This document shows, piece by piece, positions 17,590-29,256 of a DNA stretch of 64,000 bases. The position numbers and the translations under genes were made by a program. Each line of letters opens with the position of its first letter. Positions within the stretch are counted from its first letter, which is position 1. A model generated the notes under the pieces. The model made no database searches, was not told the DNA's origin, and worked only from the letters and a program-made list of their open reading frames with translations. The stretch is from an uncultured Solirubrobacterales bacterium (GTDB lineage Bacteria > Actinomycetota > Thermoleophilia > Solirubrobacterales > 70-9). The stretch spans positions 2,241,472-2,305,471 of the forward strand of contig OY969122.1 of assembly GCA_963698085.1 (NCBI GenBank), read 5' to 3'.

Positions 17590-17711
17590 GATGTCTCCTT
17601 CCGCTGATGGGTCGTAGTGGCCAGTGTCCCAGCGCAGTTTTAGCGGCAGGTGAAGGTTGCGTAAAGTTGGGCGAACCGCCAGCTCGCGATGCTCTGACGT
17701 ATAACGACCAG

Positions 17712-18476
17712 ATGAGCAAGCGAGAGCACACCGATGAGACGGCGGTGCGCGCGGTCGTGAGGGGGGAGGTGCAGGGGATCGGATATCGCGACGCGACGCT
17801 GCGCGAAGCGCGCCGGCTTGGCGTGATGGGCTGGGTGCGCAACGGGGAGGATGGGAGCGTGCTCGTCCACGCCGAGGGGCTCGGGAGCGCGGTCGAGGAG
17901 CTGGTGGCGTTCCTGGAGAAGGGGCCGTCGGCCGCGCAAGTTGCGGACGTAGCCATCGAGCGTGTGAAGGTCGAGGGCCACGAGCAGTTCGCGATTCGCG
18001 GCGTCAGCGCTGGCGCCTTTGTCGTCCAGGAGCACGCGGCCACCGCCCGTCATTTCGACCTGCGCCTGGAGGTCGGCGGGGCGATGCGCTCCTGGGCGGT
18101 TCCTAAGGGCCCCTCGCTGGACCCCGCCGTCAAGCGCCTGGCCGTGGAGGTCGCCGACCACTCGATCGCCCACAACGATTTCGAGGGCACGACCGACGAG
18201 GGCGGCGTGATCATCTGGGATCGAGGGCACTATGAGCAGGGTGGGCGAGTGGCCTGGCCAGAGGCGCTCGAGCGTGGCCACGCCGTCTTCGTCCTGCACG
18301 GGGAGAAGCTGCAAGGCGGCTTTGCCCTGCAGCGCACCCGTCCCGGCGACAAGCCCCAGTGGCTGTTGATCAAGCGCCGTGATGAGCACGCGCGCTCCGG
18401 CTCCGATGTGGTCGGCGAACTGCCGCAGTCGGCGCTCAGCGGAAGCACGCTCGACGAGCTTCTCCAACGCGACTGA
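17712..18476 (+). CDS. acylphosphatase / LigD-type 3'-phosphoesterase fusion protein
   Basis: Residues about 10-95, VVRGEVQGIGYRDATLREARRLGVMGWVRNGEDGSVLVHAEG, match acylphosphatase. The C-terminal half, FVVQEHAATARHFDLRLE...SWAVPKGPSLDPAVKRLAVEVADH...FEG...IIWDRG, matches the LigD PE domain. The start is ATG 17712 within track ORF 17607..18476. Confidence 0.75.
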   Translation: MSKREHTDETAVRAVVRGEVQGIGYRDATLREARRLGVMGWVRNGEDGSVLVHAEGLGSAVEELVAFLEKGPSAAQVADVAIERVKVEGHEQFAIRGVSAGAFVVQEHAATARHFDLRLEVGGAMRSWAVPKGPSLDPAVKRLAVEVADHSIAHNDFEGTTDEGGVIIWDRGHYEQGGRVAWPEALERGHAVFVLHGEKLQGGFALQRTRPGDKPQWLLIKRRDEHARSGSDVVGELPQSALSGSTLDELLQRD

Positions 18477-18498
18477 CCCCGGCCGTTCTGGCGGCTGC

Positions 18499-19263
18499 TC
18501 AACCCCTCTGCTCGGTCGGCCGGATCAGGATCTCGTTGAGGCAGACGTGCCAAGGCCGGGTCACCGCGTAGGCGATCGCGTCGGCGACGTCGGTCGCCTC
18601 GAGGATGCGGACGTCGGAGAAGCGCCCTCTCACCTGTTCGCGCACGCCGTCGCGCAGGTGGTCGGTGAGCTCCGTCGCGACGGCGCCGGGCTCGATCAGG
18701 GTCGACCTGACCTTGCGGTCGGCGAACTCCTGGCGCAAGGACTCGCTAAAGGCTCCGACGCCGTGCTTGGTCAGGTTGTAGACACCCGAGCCGGCGCGGG
18801 CGACGCGGCCGGCGACGGAGCTGATGTTGACCACGTCGGCGCAGCCTCGCTCGGAGTCCTCAGCTGCGGAGAGCAGGTGCGGCAGGGCGGCGTGAGTGGT
18901 GTGGATCAGGCCCTTGAGGTTGAGGTCGATCATCCGGTCCCATTCCTCGGTGGGCGCGTCTTCGATCGGGCCGAGCAGCATCACGCCGGCGTTGTTGACG
19001 ACGATGTCGAGGCGACCCAGCTCGTCGACCGTGCGGTCGACCGCGGCGACGGCTTGTGACCGATCGGCGATGTCGGCCTCGATCGCCAGCGCGGTGTGAC
19101 CCTGGCCGCCGATCTCCGCGGCCAGGCGCTCCAGCCGTTCGAGGCGGCGCGCGGCGACCGCGACCTTGGCTCCCTGAGCCGCCAGCGACCGCGCGGTCGC
19201 CTCGCCGATACCGCTGCTGGCGCCGGTGATCAGGGCAACGGTTCCGTCAAGCGGGTTCGTCAT
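18499..19263 (-). CDS. SDR family oxidoreductase
   Basis: ATG 19263 gives MTNPLDGTVALITGASSGIGEATARSLAAQGAKVAVAARR (TGxxxGxG). The track ORF extends spuriously to 19461. Confidence 0.88.
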   Translation of the reverse strand: MTNPLDGTVALITGASSGIGEATARSLAAQGAKVAVAARRLERLERLAAEIGGQGHTALAIEADIADRSQAVAAVDRTVDELGRLDIVVNNAGVMLLGPIEDAPTEEWDRMIDLNLKGLIHTTHAALPHLLSAAEDSERGCADVVNISSVAGRVARAGSGVYNLTKHGVGAFSESLRQEFADRKVRSTLIEPGAVATELTDHLRDGVREQVRGRFSDVRILEATDVADAIAYAVTRPWHVCLNEILIRPTEQRG

Positions 19264-19309
19264 CGCGTTCCTTTCGGGTCGTTTTGCGCACCATGCAAGG
19301 CTAGCCTCG

Positions 19310-21196
19310 ATGAGCGGCTCTCCCGTGCGATCGGCTGCGAACGAAAGAACCGCTTGGGCTCGCAGCCTGCAGACGCCGTTGCGCGAGTTCCTTGCCACCG
19401 AGACCGGCAGCGCCAGCGTGCTGCTGGCCGCGGCGGTTGTGGCTGTGGCCTGGGCCAACATCGACCTCTCCTCCTACGACAGCGTTTGGCACACGGAGCT
19501 CTCGATCCAGGTTGGGGACTCGGGGATCTCCCAGAGCGTCCGGGAGTGGATCAACAACGGGCTGATGACCTTTTTCTTCTTCGTCGTCGGGCTCGAGGTC
19601 CGTCGCGAGTTCGACCTTGGCGAGCTGCGCGAGCGTCGCCGCCTTGCCCTGCCGGTGCTGGCGGCGCTGGGCGGGATGGCTGTACCGGTCGCGATCTACC
19701 TGGCCTTCAACGGGGGTGAGGATTCGGCGCACGGGTGGGGAGTGGCGATGTCGACCGACACCGCCTTTGCCCTCGGCATGCTCGCCCTGGTCGGGCCGCG
19801 GTTCCCCGATCGCCTGCGGGCCTTCATGCTGACGATCATCGTCGTCGACGACGTGATCGCGCTGCTGGTTATCGCGATCGCCTACAGCAGCGACGTCGCC
19901 GTCGAGCCGCTGCTGATCGCTGCCGGGGTCTTCGGCCTGATCCTCCTCGCTCGTGTCGCCGGTATCCGCCAGGGTCTCGTCTACTTCATGCTCGCCGCCG
20001 TCGTCTGGGTGGCGCTGTTCGAATCGGGTATCGATCCAGTCGTGGTGGGTCTGGCTGTCGGTTTGATCGCTTGGGCGTACCCGGCGGGTCGCGGCGAGCT
20101 GGAGCGGGCGACCGATCTCTTTCGCCGCTTCCGCGAACAACCGACGCCGGAGCTGGCCCGCTCGGTTCGCTCCGGCCTGCAGGAGGCGGTCTCGCCGAAC
20201 GCCCGCCTGCTCCACCTCTACCACCCGTGGACGAGCTACGTGATCGTGCCGCTGTTCGCGCTGGCCAACATCGGCATCGCGATCGATTGGGACTTTCTCG
20301 GTCGGGCTTATTCGTCGCCGATCACGCTCGGGATCATCTGCGGCTACGTGCTCGGCAAGCCGGTCGGTGTGGTTGGGATCTCCTGGTTGGTGACGAAGTT
20401 GAGCGGGGAGCGGCTTCGCCCGCCGGTCGGCTGGGCCGCCACGGTCGGCGGTGGTGCGATCGCCGGGATCGGCTTCACCGTCTCTTTGCTGATCGCGACG
20501 CTCGCCTTCGACGGGGCCCATCTAGAGGAGGCGAAGCTCGGTGTGCTCAGCGCCGCGCTTTGCGCCTCGATCCTGGCTTGGTTGGTCTTCCGCGCCACCA
20601 CCTTGCTTCCCCGCCAGGCACGCATCCGGGCCCTGCTGGGCGGTTCGGAGACGCTCCCCGACCTCGCCGTGCCGGTCGATCCCGACCGCGATCACATCCG
20701 GGGCCCCGTCGAGGCGCCGGTGACGGTCCTCGAGTACGGCGACCTCGAGTGCCCCTACTGCGGCAAGGCCGAGTCGGTCCTGCGCGAGCTGCTCGCCGAC
20801 TTCGGCGACGTCCGCTATGTCTGGCGTCACCTGCCGCTCTCCGACGTCCACCCGCGCGCCCAGCTCGCCGCCGAGGCTTCCGAGGCGGCGGCTGCCCAGG
20901 GGGCGTTCTGGGAGATGCACGACCTGCTGCTCGAACACCAGGATGCCCTGCGGCCCAGCGACCTGCTGACCCATGCCGAGCAGCTCGGCCTCGACCTCGA
21001 TCGCTTCGAGGCCGAACTTCGCCGCCATCTCCATGCGCCGCGGGTCGAGGAAGACGTCGATTCGGCCGACATCAGCGGCGTCACCGGCACGCCGACTTTC
21101 TTCGTCAACGAGAAACGGCACGAAGGCGCGTATGACATCGATTCGCTTTCGGCCGCGGTCCGGGCCGCCGGCGCGCGCGTCGCGCTATCCTCTTAG
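19310..21196 (+). CDS. nhaA: Na+/H+ antiporter NhaA fused to a DsbA-like thioredoxin domain
   Basis: NhaA signature WINNGLMTFFFFVVGLEVRRE, and a C-terminal YGDLECPYCGKAE (CxxC) DsbA-type domain. Confidence 0.88.
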   Translation: MSGSPVRSAANERTAWARSLQTPLREFLATETGSASVLLAAAVVAVAWANIDLSSYDSVWHTELSIQVGDSGISQSVREWINNGLMTFFFFVVGLEVRREFDLGELRERRRLALPVLAALGGMAVPVAIYLAFNGGEDSAHGWGVAMSTDTAFALGMLALVGPRFPDRLRAFMLTIIVVDDVIALLVIAIAYSSDVAVEPLLIAAGVFGLILLARVAGIRQGLVYFMLAAVVWVALFESGIDPVVVGLAVGLIAWAYPAGRGELERATDLFRRFREQPTPELARSVRSGLQEAVSPNARLLHLYHPWTSYVIVPLFALANIGIAIDWDFLGRAYSSPITLGIICGYVLGKPVGVVGISWLVTKLSGERLRPPVGWAATVGGGAIAGIGFTVSLLIATLAFDGAHLEEAKLGVLSAALCASILAWLVFRATTLLPRQARIRALLGGSETLPDLAVPVDPDRDHIRGPVEAPVTVLEYGDLECPYCGKAESVLRELLADFGDVRYVWRHLPLSDVHPRAQLAAEASEAAAAQGAFWEMHDLLLEHQDALRPSDLLTHAEQLGLDLDRFEAELRRHLHAPRVEEDVDSADISGVTGTPTFFVNEKRHEGAYDIDSLSAAVRAAGARVALSS

Positions 21197-21213
21197 CAGA
21201 CTAACTACAGAAA

Positions 21214-23506
<2,293 letters not shown>

Positions 23507-23526
<20 letters not shown>

Positions 23527-23839
23527 CTGCTCGCCGGTTCCGACCGAGCTGCGGGCGGCGGCGAGCCTGCTCGAGCGCCGCTGGACGCTGGCGACGATCT
23601 ACGCCTGCGCCAGCGGCGCCGCCCGCTTTAACGAGTTCCGCCAGTCGCTGCCGGGGGTCTCGCCGACGACGCTCTCCGAGCGCCTCGAGCAGCTCGAGGC
23701 GGAGAGCATCGTCGAACGCCGCCTCGTCCCCGGCCGCCCTCCCCACACCGAGTACGTGCTGACCCAGCGCGGAGCGCGCCTCGCCCGCGCCGTCGCCGCA
23801 TTGCTCGAGGACGAGGCCGAGGCTTGCCAGCGCAAGTGA
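23507..23839 (+). CDS. HxlR-like transcriptional regulator
   Basis: LLERRWTLATIYACASGAARFNEFRQSLPGVSPTTLSERLEQLE matches the HxlR wHTH. It overlaps the lon 3' end by 20 nt. Confidence 0.75.
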
Positions 23840-23855
23840 CGGCTACCGGTGGCCC

Positions 23856-24500
23856 GTGAGCGCGACGATCGACGAGCTGACGGTTGCCGATGCGCCGGAG
23901 GCTTGGTCGGCGCTCGGCTTCGTGGTTGAGGGCGATACCTGCGTCATCGGGGACGTGCGGATTTGTCTGGCGGGCTCCGGCGCGGGCAAGGGTCTGACCA
24001 GTTGGTCATTGCGCGACATCGAGAGCGCCGAGCTGGACGGGCTGTCGACTACCCGGTCCGCTCGGCCACCGCCGAGCGAGCTGCCGGCGCATCCCAACGG
24101 CATCGTCGCGATTGATCACGTCGTCGCGATCACGCCCGCGCTCGAGCGCACGGTCGCAGCGCTGCAGGCAGCCGGCCTCGACCTGCGCCGCATCCGCGAG
24201 GAGCCGACGCCCGCCGGCGCTCCGCGGCAGGCGTTTTTCCGCCTTGACGCGACCATCCTCGAGGTCGTGCAGGAGCCGCCCGAGGCGATCGAGCGCGGCG
24301 GTGGGGGAGACCGGCCCGCCTTCTTCTGGGGCCTCGCCCTCCTCACCCCCGAGCTTGACGCGACCGTCGCCGGACTCGGCGATCGCGTCAGCGAGATCCG
24401 CCCCGCCGTCCAGCCCGGGCGTCGCATCGCCACCCTTCGTCGCGCGGCCGGCCTCGCGGTGCCGGTCGCGCTGATCACGCCCTCGCCCGGTAGAGGTTGA
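23856..24500 (+). CDS. VOC/glyoxalase-like domain protein
   Basis: 214 aa. AIDHVVAITPALERTVAALQAAGLDL...FFRLDATILEVV resembles the glyoxalase-like fold. It is paired with the HxlR-like regulator. Confidence 0.6.
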   Translation: MSATIDELTVADAPEAWSALGFVVEGDTCVIGDVRICLAGSGAGKGLTSWSLRDIESAELDGLSTTRSARPPPSELPAHPNGIVAIDHVVAITPALERTVAALQAAGLDLRRIREEPTPAGAPRQAFFRLDATILEVVQEPPEAIERGGGGDRPAFFWGLALLTPELDATVAGLGDRVSEIRPAVQPGRRIATLRRAAGLAVPVALITPSPGRG

Positions 24501-24528
24501 ACCGTGCGCGTCCGCCGGTCGGCAGGGC

Positions 24529-25794
24529 TCATTGGTTGCCACTCGAGCTCGCTTCCTCCCTGGCGGTGGTCAGCTCACCGCGAACGACCGCGGTCTGGTT
24601 CGGAATCTCCAGGCGGCGTTCGAGTACCGGGATCGCCTCCTGCGGGCGCCCGCTCAGACGCAGCGCGTTTCCCAGGTTGAACAGGGCATAGGCGTAGTTC
24701 AGGTCGTCGGTGCCCGGGGGGAAGGAACGGATTGCCTCTTCCAGCACCGGGACCGCCTCTTCGTAGCTGCCGGCCTGAATCATCTCGAAGCCTTCTTCGT
24801 TGAGGGCGCTGGCCAGGGCGAGGTCGTCTCCGGCCGGTTCTGGTACTTCTTCGCTTGCATCCGTTTCCGCGTCGCCGGTCGCTTTGCTGCTCTCGCCGAC
24901 GCTCGCGGGCATGGTCGGGTCGGGCTTTCCGTCACCCTGCTCCTCGGCTCCGTCAATGACCAGGAGGAACGCGACGGCCAGCCCGGCGAACGCCGCGACG
25001 ATCGCGGCGGCCTTGCCCCAGCGCCGCTCGGTCGGCGCCGATCTCAGCAGCTCCGTCGGCTGATTCGGGACAGCGCCCCGCGGGTCGATCTGGGCGACCG
25101 CCTCCGCGGCCGATGCCGGACGGCCTCGCGGGTCCGCGCTGGACAGATGGACCGCCAGCGCCCCGAGGTCGCCACGCCGCCCCTCGCCGATGCAGTCGCG
25201 CAGCACGATGCCGCACGAGTAGAGATCGGATCCCTCCGTCGCGGGTTTGCCGCTCATCACCTCGGGCGCGACATAGCGGGCGGTACCGAGGAGGAGCCCG
25301 GTTTGCGTCAGCGAGGTCGCGTCCTTGGGCAGGGCGATGCCGAAGTCGATCAGCTTGGCGCTGCCGTCTGGGGCGATCAGGACGTTCTGGGGCTTGACGT
25401 CCCGGTGCACGATTCCCGCTGCGTGGATATGGGCGAGGGCGCCGAGCAGCTCACGTGCAAGCCTCTCGCATTCGATCTCGGCATTCCGCGACATCCGTTC
25501 AGCCAGGTTCTCGCCCGCGACGTACTCCATGACGAGATACGAGCGTTCCGCTGAATCCGCGTAGTCGTAGACGCCGATGAGGTTTGGATGCGACAAGCCC
25601 GCCGCCACCCTCGCCTCGCGGCGGAATCGCGCCAGGAACTCGGGATCAGAGGCGATGGTGTCCGAGAGGACCTTGACCGCGACCGGCCGCTCGAGGACCT
25701 CGTCGCTCGCCAGCCACACTGACGCCATGCCGCCGCGACCGAGAAGCCGCTCGAGCCGGTAGCGCTCCTTCAGCCGGGACCCCTCGCCAATCAT
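24529..25794 (-). CDS. Ser/Thr protein kinase with C-terminal TPR-like region
   Basis: GRGGMASVWLA...AVKVL, HRDVKPQNVLI, DFGIA, and a TM segment (AAIVAAFAGLAVAFLLVI). The C-terminal tail contains YAYALFNLGNALRLSGRPQEAI. Confidence 0.92.
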   Translation of the reverse strand: MIGEGSRLKERYRLERLLGRGGMASVWLASDEVLERPVAVKVLSDTIASDPEFLARFRREARVAAGLSHPNLIGVYDYADSAERSYLVMEYVAGENLAERMSRNAEIECERLARELLGALAHIHAAGIVHRDVKPQNVLIAPDGSAKLIDFGIALPKDATSLTQTGLLLGTARYVAPEVMSGKPATEGSDLYSCGIVLRDCIGEGRRGDLGALAVHLSSADPRGRPASAAEAVAQIDPRGAVPNQPTELLRSAPTERRWGKAAAIVAAFAGLAVAFLLVIDGAEEQGDGKPDPTMPASVGESSKATGDAETDASEEVPEPAGDDLALASALNEEGFEMIQAGSYEEAVPVLEEAIRSFPPGTDDLNYAYALFNLGNALRLSGRPQEAIPVLERRLEIPNQTAVVRGELTTAREEASSSGNQ

Positions 25795-25808
25795 GGCGTG
25801 AGGAGCAC

Positions 25809-26255
25809 CTAGCCGGACTCTTCGCCGAGCGCATTGGCGATCTCGTCGATTGCCGTTCGCTCGGCGTCGCTGACAGGTCGCTCACCCTCCTCCTTGGCCA
25901 TCGCGACCCGCTCCGCAAGGCTGAGAGTGAAGCGCCTGTAGTCCGTGAGCTCCTCTGGAGAAGCCTTGGCCTCGAGCAGCGAAACCGCCTGCCGAACGAT
26001 GTCCAGATGGTGCGCTTTCAGCTCCTCGACCGAGCCCTGCCGCGCCCGGTTGATCTTCGGCTTGGATTGCGCGATCTCTTCCATCAGAGGGGAGGCTCCG
26101 GTGGCGTTTCTTGCCTCGGCGAAGGCTTTCGCCAGCGAAAAAGACTCGCGGAACGAGCCGCCCCGCTGAGCCGTAGAAACGATCAAGCCGGCGCTCGTCG
26201 GCCCCTCGAGCACCATCTCCCACTCCTGCTCCGTGAAGTCTGCTTTTCCAGTCAT
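25809..26255 (-). CDS. conserved hypothetical protein
   Basis: 148 aa, helical-looking (FTEQEWEMVLEGPTSAGLIV...). It lies 14 nt upstream of the kinase and 28 nt downstream of the SET gene on the same strand. Confidence 0.65.
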   Translation of the reverse strand: MTGKADFTEQEWEMVLEGPTSAGLIVSTAQRGGSFRESFSLAKAFAEARNATGASPLMEEIAQSKPKINRARQGSVEELKAHHLDIVRQAVSLLEAKASPEELTDYRRFTLSLAERVAMAKEEGERPVSDAERTAIDEIANALGEESG

Positions 26256-26283
26256 GGGAACCGCATACCCGCCACGAGGCCTC

Positions 26284-26793
26284 TCAAGCGAGCGCGGCTG
26301 TCGATGAGTCGGCCAGCTCCCGATCGATCTCGAGCAAGTAGGGCGCGACCAGGCCGTCGTAGGCGGCCTTGCGCTCCGCGGGGAGGTCCTTCCAGCCGGT
26401 TACCGAGCCGCGGCAGATGTCCACACCGCAGAGACAGCCACCGGGAAAGTGCTCGATCGAGTAGTTGCGCATCGCGTAGTCGAAGGTGATCTCCTCCCCA
26501 TCGGAGATCGACTTGCGAGCGACGAAGTTGCAAGCGCCCGTGTCGTTCAGCTCGACGCCGCAGTTCGGGCTGCACGAGTGGTTGACCTTGGGACCGAGCC
26601 CGCCGTGCCGCGCCCACTTGGTGCGACTCACCTGGGTTGCGTGCGAGTCGTTGCAGGCGACCTCTCCTTCGAGCATCCCGACCATCACCGTCTCACCAAC
26701 TTGGAAGCCCCGGGTGGCGCGAACGCCACCGCCCTTGCCGCCTTCGGGAGTACACAGCTCATATCCGACAGGATCCAAGGGACCGCCTCTCAA
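26284..26793 (-). CDS. SET domain-containing protein (putative protein-lysine methyltransferase)
   Basis: NHSCSPNC, EEITFDY and a post-SET Cys cluster (CLCGVDICRG) are the SET signatures. Confidence 0.85.
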   Translation of the reverse strand: MRGGPLDPVGYELCTPEGGKGGGVRATRGFQVGETVMVGMLEGEVACNDSHATQVSRTKWARHGGLGPKVNHSCSPNCGVELNDTGACNFVARKSISDGEEITFDYAMRNYSIEHFPGGCLCGVDICRGSVTGWKDLPAERKAAYDGLVAPYLLEIDRELADSSTAALA

Positions 26794-26903
26794 TTGGTTG
26801 AGCGCAGCGAAAACTGCGCTCGAGGACTGTAGGCCATCGCTGTTGAGCGACTCGCCGGGAGGGGCGCTTGACCGCTCAGTCGATCTTGCGAGAGGATGGA
26901 TCG

Positions 26904-28106
26904 ATGGCGACCGTCCTCTGCGTGCTCTACGACGACCCGGTGGACGGTTACCCGCCGGCCTATGCGCGCGACGAGGTGCCGAGGATCGAGCGCTATCACG
27001 ACGGCCAGAGCACGCCGACGCCGGAGGCTGTCGGCTTTACGCCCGGCGAGCTGCTCGGCAGCGTCTCTGGCGAGCTGGGGCTGCGCGAGTTCCTCGAGCA
27101 GCGCGGCCACCGGCTGGTGGTCACCTCCGACAAGGATGGCCCCGACTCGGTCTTCGAGCACGAGCTGCCCGCGGCGGAGGTCGTGATCTCCCAGCCCTTC
27201 TGGCCCGCATACTTGACGGCCGAGCGGATCAGCAAGGCGCCGCAGCTGAAGCTGGCGCTGACCGCGGGCATTGGCTCAGACCACGTCGATTTGCAAGCGG
27301 CGATCGAGCGCGGCCTGACCGTCGCCGAGGTGACCTATTCGAACAGCATCAGCGTCGCCGAGCACGTGGTGATGATGATCCTGGCGCTGGTGCGCAACTA
27401 CATCCCTTCCTACCAGGTGGTCGTCGACGGGGGCTGGAACATCGCCGACTGCGTTTCGCGCTCCTACGACCTCGAGGGCATGCAAGTAGGCACGGTCGCC
27501 GCCGGGCGCATCGGCTCAGCGGTCCTGCGGCGACTGAAGCCCTTCGAGGTCGGCCTGCATTACACCGACCGGCACCGCCTGCCGCCCGAGGTCGAGGAGG
27601 AGCTCGGCGTCACCTTCCACCCCGATGTCGAGTCAATGGTGGAGGTCTGCGACGTGGTGACGATCAACGCGCCGCTGCATCCCGAGACCGAGAACATGTT
27701 CGACGCGGACCTGCTCGCCAAGATGAAGCGGGGCTCGTATCTGATCAACACCGCCCGCGGCAAGATCTGCGACCGCGACGCGGTCGCGCGGGCATGTGAG
27801 AGTGGACAGCTGGCCGGCTATGCGGGCGACGTCTGGTTCCCGCAGCCGGCGCCTCGGGATCACCCGTGGCGCTCGATGCCCCACCACGGCATGACCCCGC
27901 ACACTTCAGGCACCAGCCTCTCAGCCCAGGCTCGCTACGCGGCCGGGGCGCGCGAGATCCTCGAGTGCTGGTTCGACGGGCGCCCGATCCGCGAGGAGTA
28001 CCTGATCGTCGACGGCGGCACCCTCGCCGGCGCCGGCGCGCACTCCTACAGCGAGGGCGACGCGACGGGCGGCTCCGAGGAGGCCGCCCGCTTCAAGAGC
28101 GGTTGA
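26904..28106 (+). CDS. fdh: NAD-dependent formate dehydrogenase
   Basis: MATVLCVLYDDPVDGYPPAYARDEVP... and TAGIGSDHVDLQAA, VAEHVVMMILALVRNY match NAD+-FDH (about 400 aa). AGAGGA lies 7 nt before ATG 26904. Confidence 0.92.
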   Translation: MATVLCVLYDDPVDGYPPAYARDEVPRIERYHDGQSTPTPEAVGFTPGELLGSVSGELGLREFLEQRGHRLVVTSDKDGPDSVFEHELPAAEVVISQPFWPAYLTAERISKAPQLKLALTAGIGSDHVDLQAAIERGLTVAEVTYSNSISVAEHVVMMILALVRNYIPSYQVVVDGGWNIADCVSRSYDLEGMQVGTVAAGRIGSAVLRRLKPFEVGLHYTDRHRLPPEVEEELGVTFHPDVESMVEVCDVVTINAPLHPETENMFDADLLAKMKRGSYLINTARGKICDRDAVARACESGQLAGYAGDVWFPQPAPRDHPWRSMPHHGMTPHTSGTSLSAQARYAAGAREILECWFDGRPIREEYLIVDGGTLAGAGAHSYSEGDATGGSEEAARFKSG

Positions 28107-28137
28107 TCCGCGCGGCGCTCGCCGCAAGGCGAAGCAG

Positions 28138-29244
28138 ATGAAGATGCGCGCCGCGGTGCTGGAGGAGTTCGGCCAGCCGCTTCAGGTGCAGGAGGTCGAG
28201 CTCGCCGAGCCGCGCGCCGGCGAGGTGCTCGTCCGCCTCGTCGCCTGCGGCGTCTGTCACACCGACCTCTACACCGCCTCGGGCGCCGACCCATCGGGCT
28301 ACGCACCGACCGTGCTCGGCCACGAGGGGGCCGGCGTCGTCGAGCGGGTCGGCCCCGACGTCACCTCGCTCTCGCCAGGCGACCACGTCGTCACCCTCTT
28401 CTCGCCCCAGTGCGGCGAGTGCATCCATTGCGTCGACCCGCGGACCAACCTCTGCCTGGCGATCCGCGAGCAGCAGAACAAGGGCTTTCTCCCCGACGGC
28501 ACCACCCGCATCGCCCGCGAAGGTGACGGCATCCGCCATTTCATGGGCTGCTCGACCTTCGCCGAATACACGGTGATGCCGGAGATCGCGCTGGCGAAGA
28601 TCAACCCCGAGGCGCCCTTCGAGTACGCCTGCCTCTTCGCCTGCGGTCTCTCGACCGGGCTCGGTGCGGCGATCAACACGGCCGCGGTGCAGCCGGGCGG
28701 CACTTGCGTCGTTTTCGGGGCAGGAATGGTGGGACTGGGGGCTGTCGCCGGCTGCCGGCTGCAGGGCGCCGAGCGCATCGTCTGCGTCGACCTCTCGGCG
28801 GAGCGGCTCGAGCTGGCTCGAGGCCAGGGTGCGACCGACGTCATCGAGGGCGGCGAGGGCGCGGTCGAGGAGATCCTCGAGATGACCGGCGGCTTTGGCG
28901 CCGACTACACCTTCGAGGCGACCGGCAACGTCGCCGTGATGCGCCAGGCGGTCGAGGCCGCCCGCATGGCCTGGGGCCTCTGCACCGTCGCCGGCGTCGC
29001 CGGCAAGGGGGAGACCCTCGACGTCGTGCCCCGCCTCTTGATCACGGGTCGCCGCATCGCCGGCTCCTCTTTCGGCGGCGTCAAGGGACGCGACCAGGTC
29101 CCGGACCTCGTCGACCGCTGCCTGGCCGGTGAGATCGACGTCCGGCCCTTCATCTCCCACCACCTGACCCTCGACGAAGTCGACCGGGGCTTCGAGCTGA
29201 TGGAGGCCCAGGACGGAATCCGCAGCGTCATCGACTTCAGCTAA
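28138..29244 (+). CDS. Zn-dependent alcohol dehydrogenase, class III-like (S-(hydroxymethyl)thiol/formaldehyde dehydrogenase family)
   Basis: VACGVCHTDLYTASG...GHEGAGVVERVG and GAGMVGLGAV Rossmann motif. Exact substrate not determinable. Confidence 0.85.
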   Translation: MKMRAAVLEEFGQPLQVQEVELAEPRAGEVLVRLVACGVCHTDLYTASGADPSGYAPTVLGHEGAGVVERVGPDVTSLSPGDHVVTLFSPQCGECIHCVDPRTNLCLAIREQQNKGFLPDGTTRIAREGDGIRHFMGCSTFAEYTVMPEIALAKINPEAPFEYACLFACGLSTGLGAAINTAAVQPGGTCVVFGAGMVGLGAVAGCRLQGAERIVCVDLSAERLELARGQGATDVIEGGEGAVEEILEMTGGFGADYTFEATGNVAVMRQAVEAARMAWGLCTVAGVAGKGETLDVVPRLLITGRRIAGSSFGGVKGRDQVPDLVDRCLAGEIDVRPFISHHLTLDEVDRGFELMEAQDGIRSVIDFS

Positions 29245-29256
29245 GAGGAGGGGCCG

